A DNA stretch of 32,000 bases from Candidatus Saccharimonadota bacterium. GTDB lineage: Bacteria > Patescibacteriota > Saccharimonadia > Saccharimonadales > UBA4665. The stretch covers positions 300,001 to 332,000 of the forward strand of contig OY970322.1 of the NCBI GenBank assembly GCA_963716945.1, in the 5' to 3' direction. Positions within the stretch are counted from its first letter, which is position 1, and every line of letters starts with the position of its first letter. The notes beneath the pieces are model-generated. The model ran no database searches and had not been told where the DNA came from. It saw nothing but the letters and a program-made list of their open reading frames with translations. Below, in pieces: positions 1-9,118 of this stretch. The position numbers and the translations under genes were made by a program.

Positions 1-1
1 C

Positions 2-175
2 GGAACATTCAAGAAGACCCTGGAACTGCGCACACTCAAGAAGCAAGAACGTCAGGGTTTAGCTGCGGCTCGTGAGCATTATGAACAAAACCAGGGCCTT
101 TACGAAGACGAGGCCCTTAAGGATGCCGTAGCTGCTGGTATTGTGCCTAACGGCTGGCTTGAAGAAATAAAATAG
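2..175 (+). CDS. 3' end of a CDS truncated by the window edge, product unknown
   Basis: Frame 2 is open from base 2 to TAG at 173-175 (GTFKKTLELRTLKKQERQGLAAAREHYEQNQGLYEDEALKDAVAAGIVPNGWLEEIK*). Composition looks coding. No recognisable motif. Confidence 0.4.
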   Translation, partial: GTFKKTLELRTLKKQERQGLAAAREHYEQNQGLYEDEALKDAVAAGIVPNGWLEEIK

Positions 176-197
176 TTCCAGACCAGGTCTCGCCAAG

Positions 198-226
198 TGG
201 ACAAATTATCACGTTTATGTTAATAT
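198..226 (+). promoter_or_regulatory. Sigma70-like promoter (TGGACA-N17-TGtTAATAT) for a leaderless transcript of the 233 gene
   Basis: TGGACA at 198-203, 17-nt spacer, TAATAT at 221-226 preceded by TG. Exactly 6 nt (ttattt) lie before ATG 233 and there is no Shine-Dalgarno. Confidence 0.45.
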
Positions 227-232
227 TTATTT

Positions 233-913
233 ATGACGGAGACCAGAAAACCGGCTAAGAAGAACCTAGATCCGATTCAACGTGCAGGACATTTGTTACT
301 TGCTTCCTTCAAGCACTCCAGAGGTAATCCGGGCTTACAAAAAAGTATATTTCAGTTCGTTGCCCTCTATCATGGCTCTAAGTTTACCTCGGAAGCAGTG
401 CAACAAGCCCGGCCTATGGTAGTCGAGGCGGCCGGTAAATATATGTATGAGTCAGGGCAACACGTTGCGGTAAGGATTCAACGACATACTTCATCGGTAC
501 TAGGCCTAATTGAGCAAACAGTAGAAGAGCAGGCGGGTAGCTTTAGGGCACAACTGGACCACTGGGCCCCGCGGAGCAATGGCCTTGACCTTACGGAGGC
601 GGCAGCAAATGTAGTAGGGCTTGATGCGCGCTGGATTCCACACCTTCGGGATACTTATGATGGCGGTCGTTTCTCTGGGCAACGGGCACCCTATAGGAGT
701 AACCTAGTCCATCATGGTTTACTCGCACGATCAACGGGCATGGAAGAAATTGATGATTTTTATACTAGAATTAGCGAGAGACTGCTTGCGGTATGGCAGC
801 GGCCGGAACAGGCACCTCATAACATCATGCCGCACACTTATCAGGCAATTGCGGCTCATTTATCTTACAATCCAGATGATGCCCAACCCCTAATGGGGGC
901 ACTAACGAAATAA
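233..913 (+). CDS. Hypothetical protein (226 aa), no recognisable domain
   Basis: Full ORF with a promoter directly upstream. No signal peptide or TM segment and no motif I recognise. Confidence 0.6.
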   Translation: MTETRKPAKKNLDPIQRAGHLLLASFKHSRGNPGLQKSIFQFVALYHGSKFTSEAVQQARPMVVEAAGKYMYESGQHVAVRIQRHTSSVLGLIEQTVEEQAGSFRAQLDHWAPRSNGLDLTEAAANVVGLDARWIPHLRDTYDGGRFSGQRAPYRSNLVHHGLLARSTGMEEIDDFYTRISERLLAVWQRPEQAPHNIMPHTYQAIAAHLSYNPDDAQPLMGALTK

Positions 914-931
914 TTCCAGCGCCTCTTTGGA

Positions 932-1312
932 TTATTCCGGCCAAACCGCGGTTTGCCGGACGCCGTCGCCCTCAGCCGGCTTGGGGCCGCCGATTGCCAG
1001 TACGTCCAGACCCTCCGGTCCGGCCTTGAAGGCCCGGACCACCTCTGGCGCCAACCTTATGACATCCCACGGTCCTATCTCAACCGGCTCGGTATTAATC
1101 AAGATATGCCCCGAACCTTTAACAACGACATAAACCTCTTCTTGAACTTTATGGCTGTGGGCCATCTCGGCCTTATAATTCGGTTCGTAGCTGAATAAAC
1201 TTACCCCCAGATCGCGCGAGTCCAGGTACTTGCGCGCGAACCGCGCTTCAAGCCCTTTGGTCTGCGACGAGCTTTCGACTTCCAGCAAGTTTACCTTAGA
1301 ATAATCCGACAT
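932..1312 (-). CDS. Cupin-domain protein (126 aa)
   Basis: Cupin motif 1 (AHSHKVQEEVYVVVKGSG, G-x5-HxH-x3-E-x6-G pattern) and a motif-2-like PWDVIRLAPEVVRAF. AGGAGGG Shine-Dalgarno at 1317-1323 (minus strand). TATAAT at 1338-1343 (minus strand). Confidence 0.8.
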   Translation of the reverse strand: MSDYSKVNLLEVESSSQTKGLEARFARKYLDSRDLGVSLFSYEPNYKAEMAHSHKVQEEVYVVVKGSGHILINTEPVEIGPWDVIRLAPEVVRAFKAGPEGLDVLAIGGPKPAEGDGVRQTAVWPE

Positions 1313-1370
1313 CGGGCCCTCCTGCTTAAACGATAGAATTATACTACTAAAGGGGAGCGGCCGGCAGCGG

Positions 1371-2987
1371 TTATTTCATACCGCCGCCGCCTTTGGCGGG
1401 AATGATACTAAGCTGCCCGTCCTGGCCCGGTTCCAAAATGTAACCGCTGCCGTTAATGTCCGGAAAGCCGGTCAGCCCCTGTCCAAAAACCTGCTGGCTG
1501 CTATCTACGAAATCACCCGTGGTCTGTCCGGTAGAATCAGCCTGGTATTGGTCGGCGCCGGTAGAGTTCAAGAAGTCGGGCGGGGCAGTGCTGTCATGAG
1601 GGTAGATAGATAACAAGTATAAGTCCTGGTCTTCGATATAAGTAAGAGACAGATGTTCGGGGTCGTTGGGATCCGCCCACGCCACGACCGTATTCTTGTG
1701 CTCGGCGTCATGGAACAGAACCGGGTTATTGACCCACATGCCGCCACCCTTTTCGCCACTACTGTCGAGCGGTACCGAGACCACGCCGTTGAGCACCGTT
1801 TTGGTATAAGAAGGATCCGCGAACTGTTCGCGGGCTGTAGCTTCGGCTTGTTCCGGCGACACATAACCGGGAATCTCGCCGGCCGATTTTACGGCGTGAA
1901 GAATCATACCGCCTTCGGACGGCTTCGGCAGTTCGTAGGTGAAGCCGCAAATAGCGGCCACATTATTACTTTTCGAAACCGGCAGAGTAATCGTATTGGG
2001 GTTAGGGATGTCGGGTACTGTGCCGGTAAGGTCGTTGAACACGGACAGGGTACCGGCATCGCGGGCTTGGCCGTCCACCATCGCGAAGGCGTCCCCGCCG
2101 CTGTTGCCATAACTGCACACGGCGCCGTCTTTGGTACGCGACACGCTGGCCCAGATGACGTTAAGCTCTTTGCCCTCCCCGTTGTTAGCCTTACCGAAGC
2201 CCAGGACCGACATACTGAAGGATTGGCGTTCGTCAACGCCGGTCTTATCCCAGGGCTGGTATTGCGGCCAGCCGCCCATGTAAAGCTTGTCGCCGACTTT
2301 GAGTTTCTTTAATTGGGCGCTTGGCAACGCCGCTGCCTCGGCGGCCCTTAAGACCTTATCGGGGTTCTGGCCCTTGGCTACGCCGATCGCCGTGTCGCGG
2401 CCCAGGTCATTGGTATTAGGCACGATCCAGCTGCCGATAGTCGCTACCGTTGATAAATTATTTATGTCGGCCCCGGTTTTAACCTCGACAGGCTGGGGTT
2501 GAACAATGTAATACTTGCCGTCGCTGCCCAAGATGCGCTGGTTTTTCGCGTTGGTGAGAGAACAGTGTTCGGCAGTCTTGGCACCTATTACGTCGCCTTT
2601 GGCGTCTCTGATGGCGCTGCCGGAACATTCCAAACTGGTCAGGTAGACCGTATTGCGCCGGATGAAAGCTTCGGCCTTTTTGGGTATAGGCGCGTTTTCG
2701 GAACCTTGCTCGTGAGTCCGGGTGAGAGTGACTGTTCCCGGAACCGTTGACGAGGTGTTCGACTCCGCGACTTGGGCCGACGTCTGGCCGGCTGCAGCTT
2801 CGGCGGAAGCCGCCAAGCCCTGGTGCCCAAGCGCGGTTAATGCGGAGGGTGACACGGAGCGCGCGGGATCATGGTCCGGCAGAGCCTGTCTGGCGGCTAC
2901 CGGTCCGAGAGCGGCCGCCATCACGCCGGCCAGCTTAAGGGCGTCTCGTATCGGGTGTTCGGCTGGTGGTTGAGGGGCTTGAGGCAT
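1371..2987 (-). CDS. Trypsin-like (S1 family) serine peptidase, probably secreted
   Basis: Catalytic-triad motifs in the correct order: TAEHC (His), DTAIGV (Asp), CSYGNSGGDAF (GDSGG-like Ser). The ORF is open to 3062, with alternative starts at 3023 and 3062. I prefer ATG 2985-2987 (MPQAPQPP...) because a promoter (3014-3042) and the divergent promoter's -35 lie inside the longer versions. Confidence 0.7.
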   Translation of the reverse strand: MPQAPQPPAEHPIRDALKLAGVMAAALGPVAARQALPDHDPARSVSPSALTALGHQGLAASAEAAAGQTSAQVAESNTSSTVPGTVTLTRTHEQGSENAPIPKKAEAFIRRNTVYLTSLECSGSAIRDAKGDVIGAKTAEHCSLTNAKNQRILGSDGKYYIVQPQPVEVKTGADINNLSTVATIGSWIVPNTNDLGRDTAIGVAKGQNPDKVLRAAEAAALPSAQLKKLKVGDKLYMGGWPQYQPWDKTGVDERQSFSMSVLGFGKANNGEGKELNVIWASVSRTKDGAVCSYGNSGGDAFAMVDGQARDAGTLSVFNDLTGTVPDIPNPNTITLPVSKSNNVAAICGFTYELPKPSEGGMILHAVKSAGEIPGYVSPEQAEATAREQFADPSYTKTVLNGVVSVPLDSSGEKGGGMWVNNPVLFHDAEHKNTVVAWADPNDPEHLSLTYIEDQDLYLLSIYPHDSTAPPDFLNSTGADQYQADSTGQTTGDFVDSSQQVFGQGLTGFPDINGSGYILEPGQDGQLSIIPAKGGGGMK

Positions 2988-3013
2988 ATTTTTGTTTGAA
3001 CTGCTTAACTTGG

Positions 3014-3042
3014 ATACTATCATAAAAATACCAATTTGTAAA
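3014..3042 (-). promoter_or_regulatory. Sigma70-like promoter (TTTACA-N17-TGaTAGTAT) for the protease gene
   Basis: On the minus strand: TTTACA (3042-3037), 17-nt spacer, TAGTAT (3019-3014) preceded by TG. The start codon at 2987 is about 26 nt downstream. Confidence 0.4.
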
Positions 3043-3054
3043 TAGCGGTCACAA

Positions 3055-3083
3055 TTGACCAAATGCTGATTTTATGGTAGTAT
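3055..3083 (+). promoter_or_regulatory. Sigma70-like promoter (TTGACC-N17-TGgTAGTAT), leaderless start at 3090
   Basis: TTGACC at 3055-3060, 17-nt spacer, TAGTAT at 3078-3083 preceded by TG. Then 6 nt (tttgtt) and ATG 3090. No Shine-Dalgarno. Confidence 0.55.
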
Positions 3084-3089
3084 TTTGTT

Positions 3090-4064
3090 ATGCCTAAGAG
3101 CCTTGAGCGAAAATCAACAGGCGCGCCAAACAGATTTGAAAAAGCCGCCGGCGGCGTTATCACGGCGATCGTGCTCGCCAAAGCCGTCCAAGACGCTCGG
3201 GCCCAGCGCAAAACCGAGAGACTGGCGAAAGCCGCAGCCGCTACCCCGGCCGGTGACAGTTCGGCCGCGGCCCCCAAAGAAGCTAAACCCCGGGTACTGA
3301 CTCCCGAAGAGCAGTCAGAGTTCTACCAACGGAAAGCGAAGCTGGCTGCCGTACAGACTTTCTTCGGCCAATACATCAACGCTCCGTCATCAATGCGCAA
3401 ATTGCTGCCCAGGGATGGCGTGTTCCATGCGCCCTGGTCTTTTCACCACCAGCCGACTTATGGCTCGCTCCATTTTGACCAGTCCGGCCACGATAATCCC
3501 AAGAAGCCTCACCAATACCGCAACGGTATGGATAATCTGGTAGCGCTTGGCAGGAAACCGCTGCAGGACGCCTTGGCCCGGAGCGCCCGTGCCGGCTCCG
3601 TTTCCGGCTGGGGTACCATTATTTCCGGAGAAGATATCGTTGAGACTCCTGATTATGTCGTCGATGCTGCCTCGGCAGACCGCGAAAAGGGCCGGCTGAT
3701 TGGTTTGTGGGCGGCAGTCGAAGGTATGGGTTTTGACTCCGCTGATATGGCGTTCGCCCAATGGAAAGACGGGGACGGGTCGCGTTACGCGCTGGTACCT
3801 TATGATGGGCAAAATGATTTGCACCGCGCGGCAGTTAACGGGTTGGGAGCCAGGACCGACTTGTTGGAAGACCCCGGGCTGATGATCCGGTTCCAGGGTA
3901 CGAGGCCAAAGGATATATCGGTCAGCATCTCAGCGGTCGATATAACCGCCGTGCGGTCGGAAATGGGGGATCTCATTCCGCCTACGCCCGATCCCGCGCA
4001 GCTGGCGGCCAAACCTTATGTTAATCCGGGGGTTCTGCCGAGTACCCAGACGGCGATAGTCTAG
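3090..4064 (+). CDS. Hypothetical protein (324 aa) with a Lys/Ala-rich N-terminal region
   Basis: Full ORF whose start is fixed by the leaderless promoter. There is a short hydrophobic stretch (GGVITAIVLAKAV) near the N-terminus. No recognisable catalytic motif. Confidence 0.6.
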   Translation: MPKSLERKSTGAPNRFEKAAGGVITAIVLAKAVQDARAQRKTERLAKAAAATPAGDSSAAAPKEAKPRVLTPEEQSEFYQRKAKLAAVQTFFGQYINAPSSMRKLLPRDGVFHAPWSFHHQPTYGSLHFDQSGHDNPKKPHQYRNGMDNLVALGRKPLQDALARSARAGSVSGWGTIISGEDIVETPDYVVDAASADREKGRLIGLWAAVEGMGFDSADMAFAQWKDGDGSRYALVPYDGQNDLHRAAVNGLGARTDLLEDPGLMIRFQGTRPKDISVSISAVDITAVRSEMGDLIPPTPDPAQLAAKPYVNPGVLPSTQTAIV

Positions 4065-4216
4065 CTATTCTTATCCGCAGCCAGCTATCGCAACGCCAGC
4101 GCTATGCCCGCCCTAAGTGTTAAACGCAACAGCTTCACAAGCCCTTAGCTGTCCGGATACTTGCTAAAGCACCACCGAAGTGATATAAATGGGGTTAAGA
4201 AAGAGGCTATAGACGT

Positions 4217-5839
4217 ATGACACTTCCTGATAGGGGACTTGCCGGGGAGGCGGCAGGGCCCGGCCTTGGCCCTGTAACGGCCGGACCAAATCCCGGCTTA
4301 GAAACCGGACTTGCACCCAATGGCGCCCTAGACCTGGCTCCGGACCCGGGCCTGTCGGCGGCTGACAGCAATAACGAACTGGTAATTCTGTATCATTTGC
4401 AGCGGGCTGAAGAGCTTGAGGTCACAGGCCCGGACGCCCAATCGGCCATGCGCCGCGAACTGGGCATAGACCATCTGTCTTGGCAAAAACTGACGGCAGA
4501 CTTGGGTTCACGGGGCGTGCTGCGCCAGGCCAGGGGGCATACTACCCGTCTGGACCTGAAGCACCTTCTGGGGGCGGCCGACCGGCCGTTCGTAACGCCG
4601 CGTTTGCTTGAGGCGGCCGAAGAACGGCAACCGGGTTTTACTGGTGAAGCCAATCAGCTGAGAGCTTTACGCCAGGTGCCGGCCGAAGCGGAAACGACCA
4701 AAACCGAGCCGGAGCCGGCCCCGGCGGCTGCTGTGCCCGGCCCGCCTTCCCGGCGGCCGGACCGGCCGATACCCGCGCCCAAACCCGCTAGACCGGCAAC
4801 TATTCCAGCCGCGGTCAAACCGTCCAAGCCTGCCAAAGCCGACACCCCGGCCGCCTATACCGAAGCCGAAAGACAGCGGGCCAGGAATATCGTAGCGCTC
4901 TACCGCAAGTTCAGCAGAATTGCCAACGTATCTCTGCCCGCCGACACCGTCCACCGCCTGATTAGGCCGCTTGACCGTTGGGAGTACACTACCGAAGGGG
5001 TTAATCCCCCGGTCCACTATTTGACCAGGCAGGCCCTGGGTTCATTGGTGCGGCTGAAGCTGTCCGAGCCGCCGACACCGGCAAGGAGTATTCACAGGGA
5101 CAGGGAAAGCATAACCATCAGGGTCGAAGGTGAGCCGCTCCGCGGCAGGGACCTGCTGACAATGCTGAAAATCGAGAGCCAGTATCCCCGTAACTTGGTT
5201 AGGCAAGAACTGGAAGGCGGACCGAAACCGGTCTCAAAGACCACCGTAGCTGCCCGGGCATTGCGCGAAGCCAAGGACGCATATGCCGAAGCAGGCGACG
5301 TGCTTACGGATTCCCAAACAGTCGTGCTTAGCAACATGACGCGCTATAAGTCCCACAGCCAGCTGTGCCGGGGCCTGGAAACCACATCGGGCCGGCTTAA
5401 TGAACTGCTCCAGCCGCTGCGCGAGCGGATCGGTGTAGAGTATAATCCGGGCAACCCGGATTCTTACATCCAGCTGACGCTCGTAGCCTTAGCTTTGGGC
5501 ATCGCCGAAATAGATGATTTGCCAAAAGCGTCTGAACGCCAAGTTGCCGGTCTGGAAGAAACCGACTCGGAACTGCTGGCTAAATACTATAGCTTCGACC
5601 CGGCCGAACGTGAGTCTGTCCGCGAAGGCCGGACCGAAACCGCCTTATCGGTAATGTGGTCAAGATTGTACAGAAAGATAGGTATCAACGGCCACGGCAG
5701 GGACAGTCGTTATGACGCCATACTCTACGCCGTCAGGAACGATATCTTCAAACTTCCGCCGGCCGCCGCGGTCGAAGCGATGCTGCGTTCCGGGCCGCCT
5801 GACCAGGACAGGGTTCCTGACAGCCCGGATTTATCATAG
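4217..5839 (+). CDS. Hypothetical multidomain protein (540 aa), possibly DNA-binding, with a Pro/Ala-rich linker
   Basis: AAGAAAGAGG lies upstream of the ATG. The N-terminal third reads like a winged helix (ELVILYHLQRAEELEVTGPDAQSAMRRELGIDHLSWQKLTADLGSRGVL). The central segment is PAPAAAVPGPPSRRPDRPIPAPKPARP. Two C-terminal segments resemble LuxR/sigma-region-4 type HTH ends (..LRERIGVEYNPGNPDSYIQLTLVALALGI; ..LYRKIGINGHGRDSRYDAILYAVRNDI). Domain calls are tentative. Confidence 0.6.
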   Translation: MTLPDRGLAGEAAGPGLGPVTAGPNPGLETGLAPNGALDLAPDPGLSAADSNNELVILYHLQRAEELEVTGPDAQSAMRRELGIDHLSWQKLTADLGSRGVLRQARGHTTRLDLKHLLGAADRPFVTPRLLEAAEERQPGFTGEANQLRALRQVPAEAETTKTEPEPAPAAAVPGPPSRRPDRPIPAPKPARPATIPAAVKPSKPAKADTPAAYTEAERQRARNIVALYRKFSRIANVSLPADTVHRLIRPLDRWEYTTEGVNPPVHYLTRQALGSLVRLKLSEPPTPARSIHRDRESITIRVEGEPLRGRDLLTMLKIESQYPRNLVRQELEGGPKPVSKTTVAARALREAKDAYAEAGDVLTDSQTVVLSNMTRYKSHSQLCRGLETTSGRLNELLQPLRERIGVEYNPGNPDSYIQLTLVALALGIAEIDDLPKASERQVAGLEETDSELLAKYYSFDPAERESVREGRTETALSVMWSRLYRKIGINGHGRDSRYDAILYAVRNDIFKLPPAAAVEAMLRSGPPDQDRVPDSPDLS

Positions 5840-5848
5840 AATGGAGCT

Positions 5849-6460
5849 ATGGAAGAAGAAAAACCGGCCGGGCCGGAGGCCTCAGGCGATACGCTAGTCC
5901 ACAAAAAGACCCTTACGCCAAGCCGGGAAGCGGTCGAAGCGGCCCGGAAAATACGGTCCGAGTCCGATGAACTTCGGGCCGAAAGGGACACTTCCAAATA
6001 CGGTACGCCCGCCAAGCCGGATATTGGCTACTCGCCGCCCGGGCCCGAGGCCGAAGCCGCCCAAGAAGCCGACAGCCCAAAATCCCCCGACCCTATATCG
6101 GTCCATGTCAAAGCGGTACTGTTCTATGCCATATATTCTTTAGCCGCCAACGTACTGGGTTTTATCCAAGGCCTGCTGTTGCTGCACGAAACCAATCCCG
6201 GGCAGCCGCAGTGGCTCATCGGGTTCGGTTTGCTGGTGTCGGTAGTCTGGATACTGATGGACGTCTACCTGCTCTTCGGCCGGGACAAGTGGAGCATTAT
6301 ACGCATCCTAAGGATCAACGCCTACCTGGCCGCCGTCTGGATCGTACTGTACCTGATCGGTTTTCTGCTTGTCGGCAGGCTGGAAGCCATAGGCATTGTC
6401 GCGGAAGTTATTATGCTGCTCTTCCTGAGGGAAGCCATGTACCGGGTAGGGCAGGAATAA
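5849..6460 (+). CDS. Integral membrane protein (203 aa), about 4 TM helices after a charged, disordered N-terminus
   Basis: GGAG lies 5 nt upstream of the ATG and the gap to the upstream gene is 9 nt, so they are likely co-transcribed. Hydrophobic helices: VLFYAIYSLAANVLGFIQGLLLL, WLIGFGLLVSVVWILMDVYLLF, AYLAAVWIVLYLIGFLLVG, IGIVAEVIMLLFL. Confidence 0.65.
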   Translation: MEEEKPAGPEASGDTLVHKKTLTPSREAVEAARKIRSESDELRAERDTSKYGTPAKPDIGYSPPGPEAEAAQEADSPKSPDPISVHVKAVLFYAIYSLAANVLGFIQGLLLLHETNPGQPQWLIGFGLLVSVVWILMDVYLLFGRDKWSIIRILRINAYLAAVWIVLYLIGFLLVGRLEAIGIVAEVIMLLFLREAMYRVGQE

Positions 6461-6506
6461 TTAAGCCTTCATGCTAGACTTAAAGCATTAGCAGGTCGCG
6501 CGGAGC

Positions 6507-7736
6507 ATGTTCAAACAATTATTATCCGGCCGAACAAAGAGGGTGCAGCAGGTAAGCACGGTACTGGTTATCGTGCTGGTGGCGGCTGTCGGCACCTACT
6601 TGCTGTCGGCCAGCCATGCCGCTTCGCCGTATGTCAGCCTTGATGCCGCCAGTGGTAACGTAACTGCCGGCGCGTCCAAACAGGCTTGCGCCGGTGCGTC
6701 TAATAGCCAATGCGTAGTATTCGGCAACAGCGCCTCGGCTGCCAACGTCAAGCCGACCGTCGCCGGCCACCAGTTGCAGCTGGGTACGACCGGCAACCGG
6801 CTCAAGATGCGCGGCGTGGCCGTCTGGGGGATAGAAGACCAGGTTACGGGCAGTTTCGGCGCTGGCGAATACAATAGCCGCCAAACCATCGTCAATACCG
6901 TCAAAGCCTGGGGCGGCAATGAGATCCGCCTGCGTGTCCTGGCAGCCGATTACAACAACCAGACTTACATGACCAAGGCCCAGGAGCTGCAGGAAATCAA
7001 GGACTGGCAAACCGCCGCGCAGGCCGCCGGCCTCTACCTGGACATAACCTGGTGGGATTCGCTTGACGGGTCTTATAACGATGCCAACTGGGCGGCCGAC
7101 TACTCGCAAGCCTTCCCGATGATGACGGACGTGATTAACACCTTGGGCGCCAGCAACCCATGGGTGATTTACGAACCGTTTAATGAGCCCAATAACGTCT
7201 CCGAAAGCGCTTGGCTAACGGCCATGACCAATACCGTCAAACTGTTTAGGTCGGATAATTACACCGGTATTCTGCTGCTGGACACCGATGGCTGGAGCCA
7301 TGTCTACAATGACGCCGATATGACGAGCCTGGAGAATACCGATAGCGGTCTGGCCGGGATGGGCGGCAAGAACCAGATAATCTTCGCCAAGCATGATTAC
7401 GCCAACGAAGGCTTCGCTAATCCCGACAGCGGTTTCGATTCGTCCCATTGGCCGAGTAACGATGATGGCAGTACGAGCTGGGACTTTACCAAGCATCTGG
7501 TCTGGGAAACCGAATTCGGCAACTATAACGGCAGTGCCAGCACCGAGCACCTCGCCTGGTCGGCCGGGGCCGCGAGCTGGATGGCCGCCAAGGTTAACGA
7601 CGGTACTTTGGCCGGTGCCACGGCTTTCTTGTACGGTCCCTGGTATGACGCTAACGCCATCACCGGCAGCGACAATGCCACGCCGACCCAGTGGGGCGGC
7701 TATGTCAAAACCGACTTCCTGGCTCAGGTTAACTAG
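6507..7736 (+). CDS. Secreted glycoside hydrolase family 5 (cellulase/mannanase-type)
   Basis: N-terminal signal/anchor (VSTVLVIVLVAAVGTYLLSASHAASP). GH5 acid/base motif YEPFNEPNN and nucleophile motif VWETEFGN at the expected spacing. Confidence 0.8.
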   Translation: MFKQLLSGRTKRVQQVSTVLVIVLVAAVGTYLLSASHAASPYVSLDAASGNVTAGASKQACAGASNSQCVVFGNSASAANVKPTVAGHQLQLGTTGNRLKMRGVAVWGIEDQVTGSFGAGEYNSRQTIVNTVKAWGGNEIRLRVLAADYNNQTYMTKAQELQEIKDWQTAAQAAGLYLDITWWDSLDGSYNDANWAADYSQAFPMMTDVINTLGASNPWVIYEPFNEPNNVSESAWLTAMTNTVKLFRSDNYTGILLLDTDGWSHVYNDADMTSLENTDSGLAGMGGKNQIIFAKHDYANEGFANPDSGFDSSHWPSNDDGSTSWDFTKHLVWETEFGNYNGSASTEHLAWSAGAASWMAAKVNDGTLAGATAFLYGPWYDANAITGSDNATPTQWGGYVKTDFLAQVN

Positions 7737-7750
7737 CCGTCACGTAGCGC

Positions 7751-9046
7751 TTAGGCGCTGACTGTCACCGTCGTGCCGATGCTCGACCAGTTATATAGCC
7801 AGGCCATAGCCGCCAGCGGCAAGTGCACGCAGCCGTGCGAACCCTGCGTCGGATATTCCGGGCCGCCGAAGGGAAAAGTCTGCCAAGTCGCGTCGTGGAA
7901 GCCGTAATCCGAATAAAACGGCATCCAGTAATTAACGAAGTCGTTCCAGGTCGGGCCGATTAAGTGGGTGTCGCGCTCTTTGGCGTAAATGTGCCAGGTG
8001 CCAGTCGGCGTAATGTCGCCGGTCGCGTACGCTCCGGTGGTGACGGCCGAGTCATAAACCTGGTCCGGGCCCTGGCAGGCCCATAAGTGCTGCTGCGTAA
8101 TATTGACGAGGATTAGCTGGCTTTTGGTGTTGGCCGAACAAACGGTTGGCGGCACGGCTGTCAGGGCGAAACTTGCCGGCGCGGCCTTCTGGAGCGCGGC
8201 AGTCGTGGCGGCTACGGTGGCGCCGAGGTTTTGAACTTGAATATTGTTCGCGGCGCCGACCTGGACTATGTAAGCCTGGATCCGGGCGGCCTGCGGAACA
8301 TATTTATTGTTCACCAGGGCGTACCAGCCGGCGATAGTGGCGGCCGATGGCCGGGCGGTTTTGCCATTGTAGGTATAGCTTAGGACGACGGCTTGCTGGG
8401 CCTGAAGCTGCTGGAGCTCGGTTTGCAAACTGGTATCGCTGACTGCCGGCAGGGTGGTGCTGAAGGGCAGGTTGACCGATGTTTCGCCGTCTTCGATGGC
8501 CCGGGTGATAGCTGCCGCGGCCCCGGCCGTGTCAAGCTGGTAGCCGCTCTCGGCCGAGGCCAGTTGGAACTGGCTGTTCCGGATGGTGATACTGGCGTTG
8601 ACCGGGTCGTTCTTGTCGGCCGCGGCTAGGGCCGACAGCTTGTTCATCAGGGCCGGGCGGTTGACCGCGAGTGGGACCGGTAATTTGTGCGCCGTGAACA
8701 GGTTGGCCACGGGCAGCCAGTTTTTGTGCCTGGCGGCAGCCTCGATACCGGCCTTATCGACGGCTATGCCCAGTTGGGCGGGCGCAATGGCGGTGCTTTG
8801 GCCGTGCTGCTTCAGCGAAATCGATGCTGGCAGGAGGGGCAGGGAGGCCACCTTCTTGGGTATGGAGCCGTAGTTCGTGGCACCGATCGAGAAGTTCGCG
8901 ACGCGGGTGTCGGGGTATGTGCGGTTCGCAAACATGGCGTAAACGGCCAGGTTCAAGATGATAAAACCTAGCGCAAGGCTGCCGGCGATGATGGCCGGCC
9001 GGCGGAGGGCGCGGCGGTTTATGTGCCTTTTCGGTTTGGGCTTCAT
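7751..9046 (-). CDS. Membrane-anchored L,D-transpeptidase (YkuD domain) with an N-terminal peptidoglycan-binding-like region
   Basis: N-terminal TM segment (PAIIAGSLALGFIILNLAVYAMF). C-terminal YkuD catalytic motif GSHGCVHLP preceded by GFHD. The long middle region resembles the YoaR/VanW-type accessory domain. Confidence 0.8.
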   Translation of the reverse strand: MKPKPKRHINRRALRRPAIIAGSLALGFIILNLAVYAMFANRTYPDTRVANFSIGATNYGSIPKKVASLPLLPASISLKQHGQSTAIAPAQLGIAVDKAGIEAAARHKNWLPVANLFTAHKLPVPLAVNRPALMNKLSALAAADKNDPVNASITIRNSQFQLASAESGYQLDTAGAAAAITRAIEDGETSVNLPFSTTLPAVSDTSLQTELQQLQAQQAVVLSYTYNGKTARPSAATIAGWYALVNNKYVPQAARIQAYIVQVGAANNIQVQNLGATVAATTAALQKAAPASFALTAVPPTVCSANTKSQLILVNITQQHLWACQGPDQVYDSAVTTGAYATGDITPTGTWHIYAKERDTHLIGPTWNDFVNYWMPFYSDYGFHDATWQTFPFGGPEYPTQGSHGCVHLPLAAMAWLYNWSSIGTTVTVSA

Positions 9047-9118
9047 TCGGGGGTGGCTCGGAGTATTTATACGTTTAATAATAACAGATTAGCTTGTGGC
9101 TCGCACCGGTGTCGTAGT

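Noticed and set aside
927-1198. Plus-strand ORFs (68 and 81 aa) overlapping the cupin gene.
   Set aside because: The minus-strand frame has a clear cupin signature and a strong AGGAGG ribosome-binding site. The plus-strand ORFs have neither.
7744-7759. Small hairpin agcgc-ttag-gcgct between the convergent GH5 and L,D-transpeptidase genes as a terminator.
   Set aside because: The stem is only 5 bp, it overlaps the stop codon of the minus-strand gene, and it lacks a U-tract. This is too weak to call.
9023-9118. The longest-ORF start (9023) for the M14 gene, and the longest-ORF starts for the protease (3062), the 11306 gene and paralog D (31990).
   Set aside because: These extensions overlap divergent genes or predicted promoters, or they add residues before a good signal peptide or ribosome-binding site. 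The internal starts (9119, 2987, 11384, 31942) fit the local signals better, although this remains unproven.
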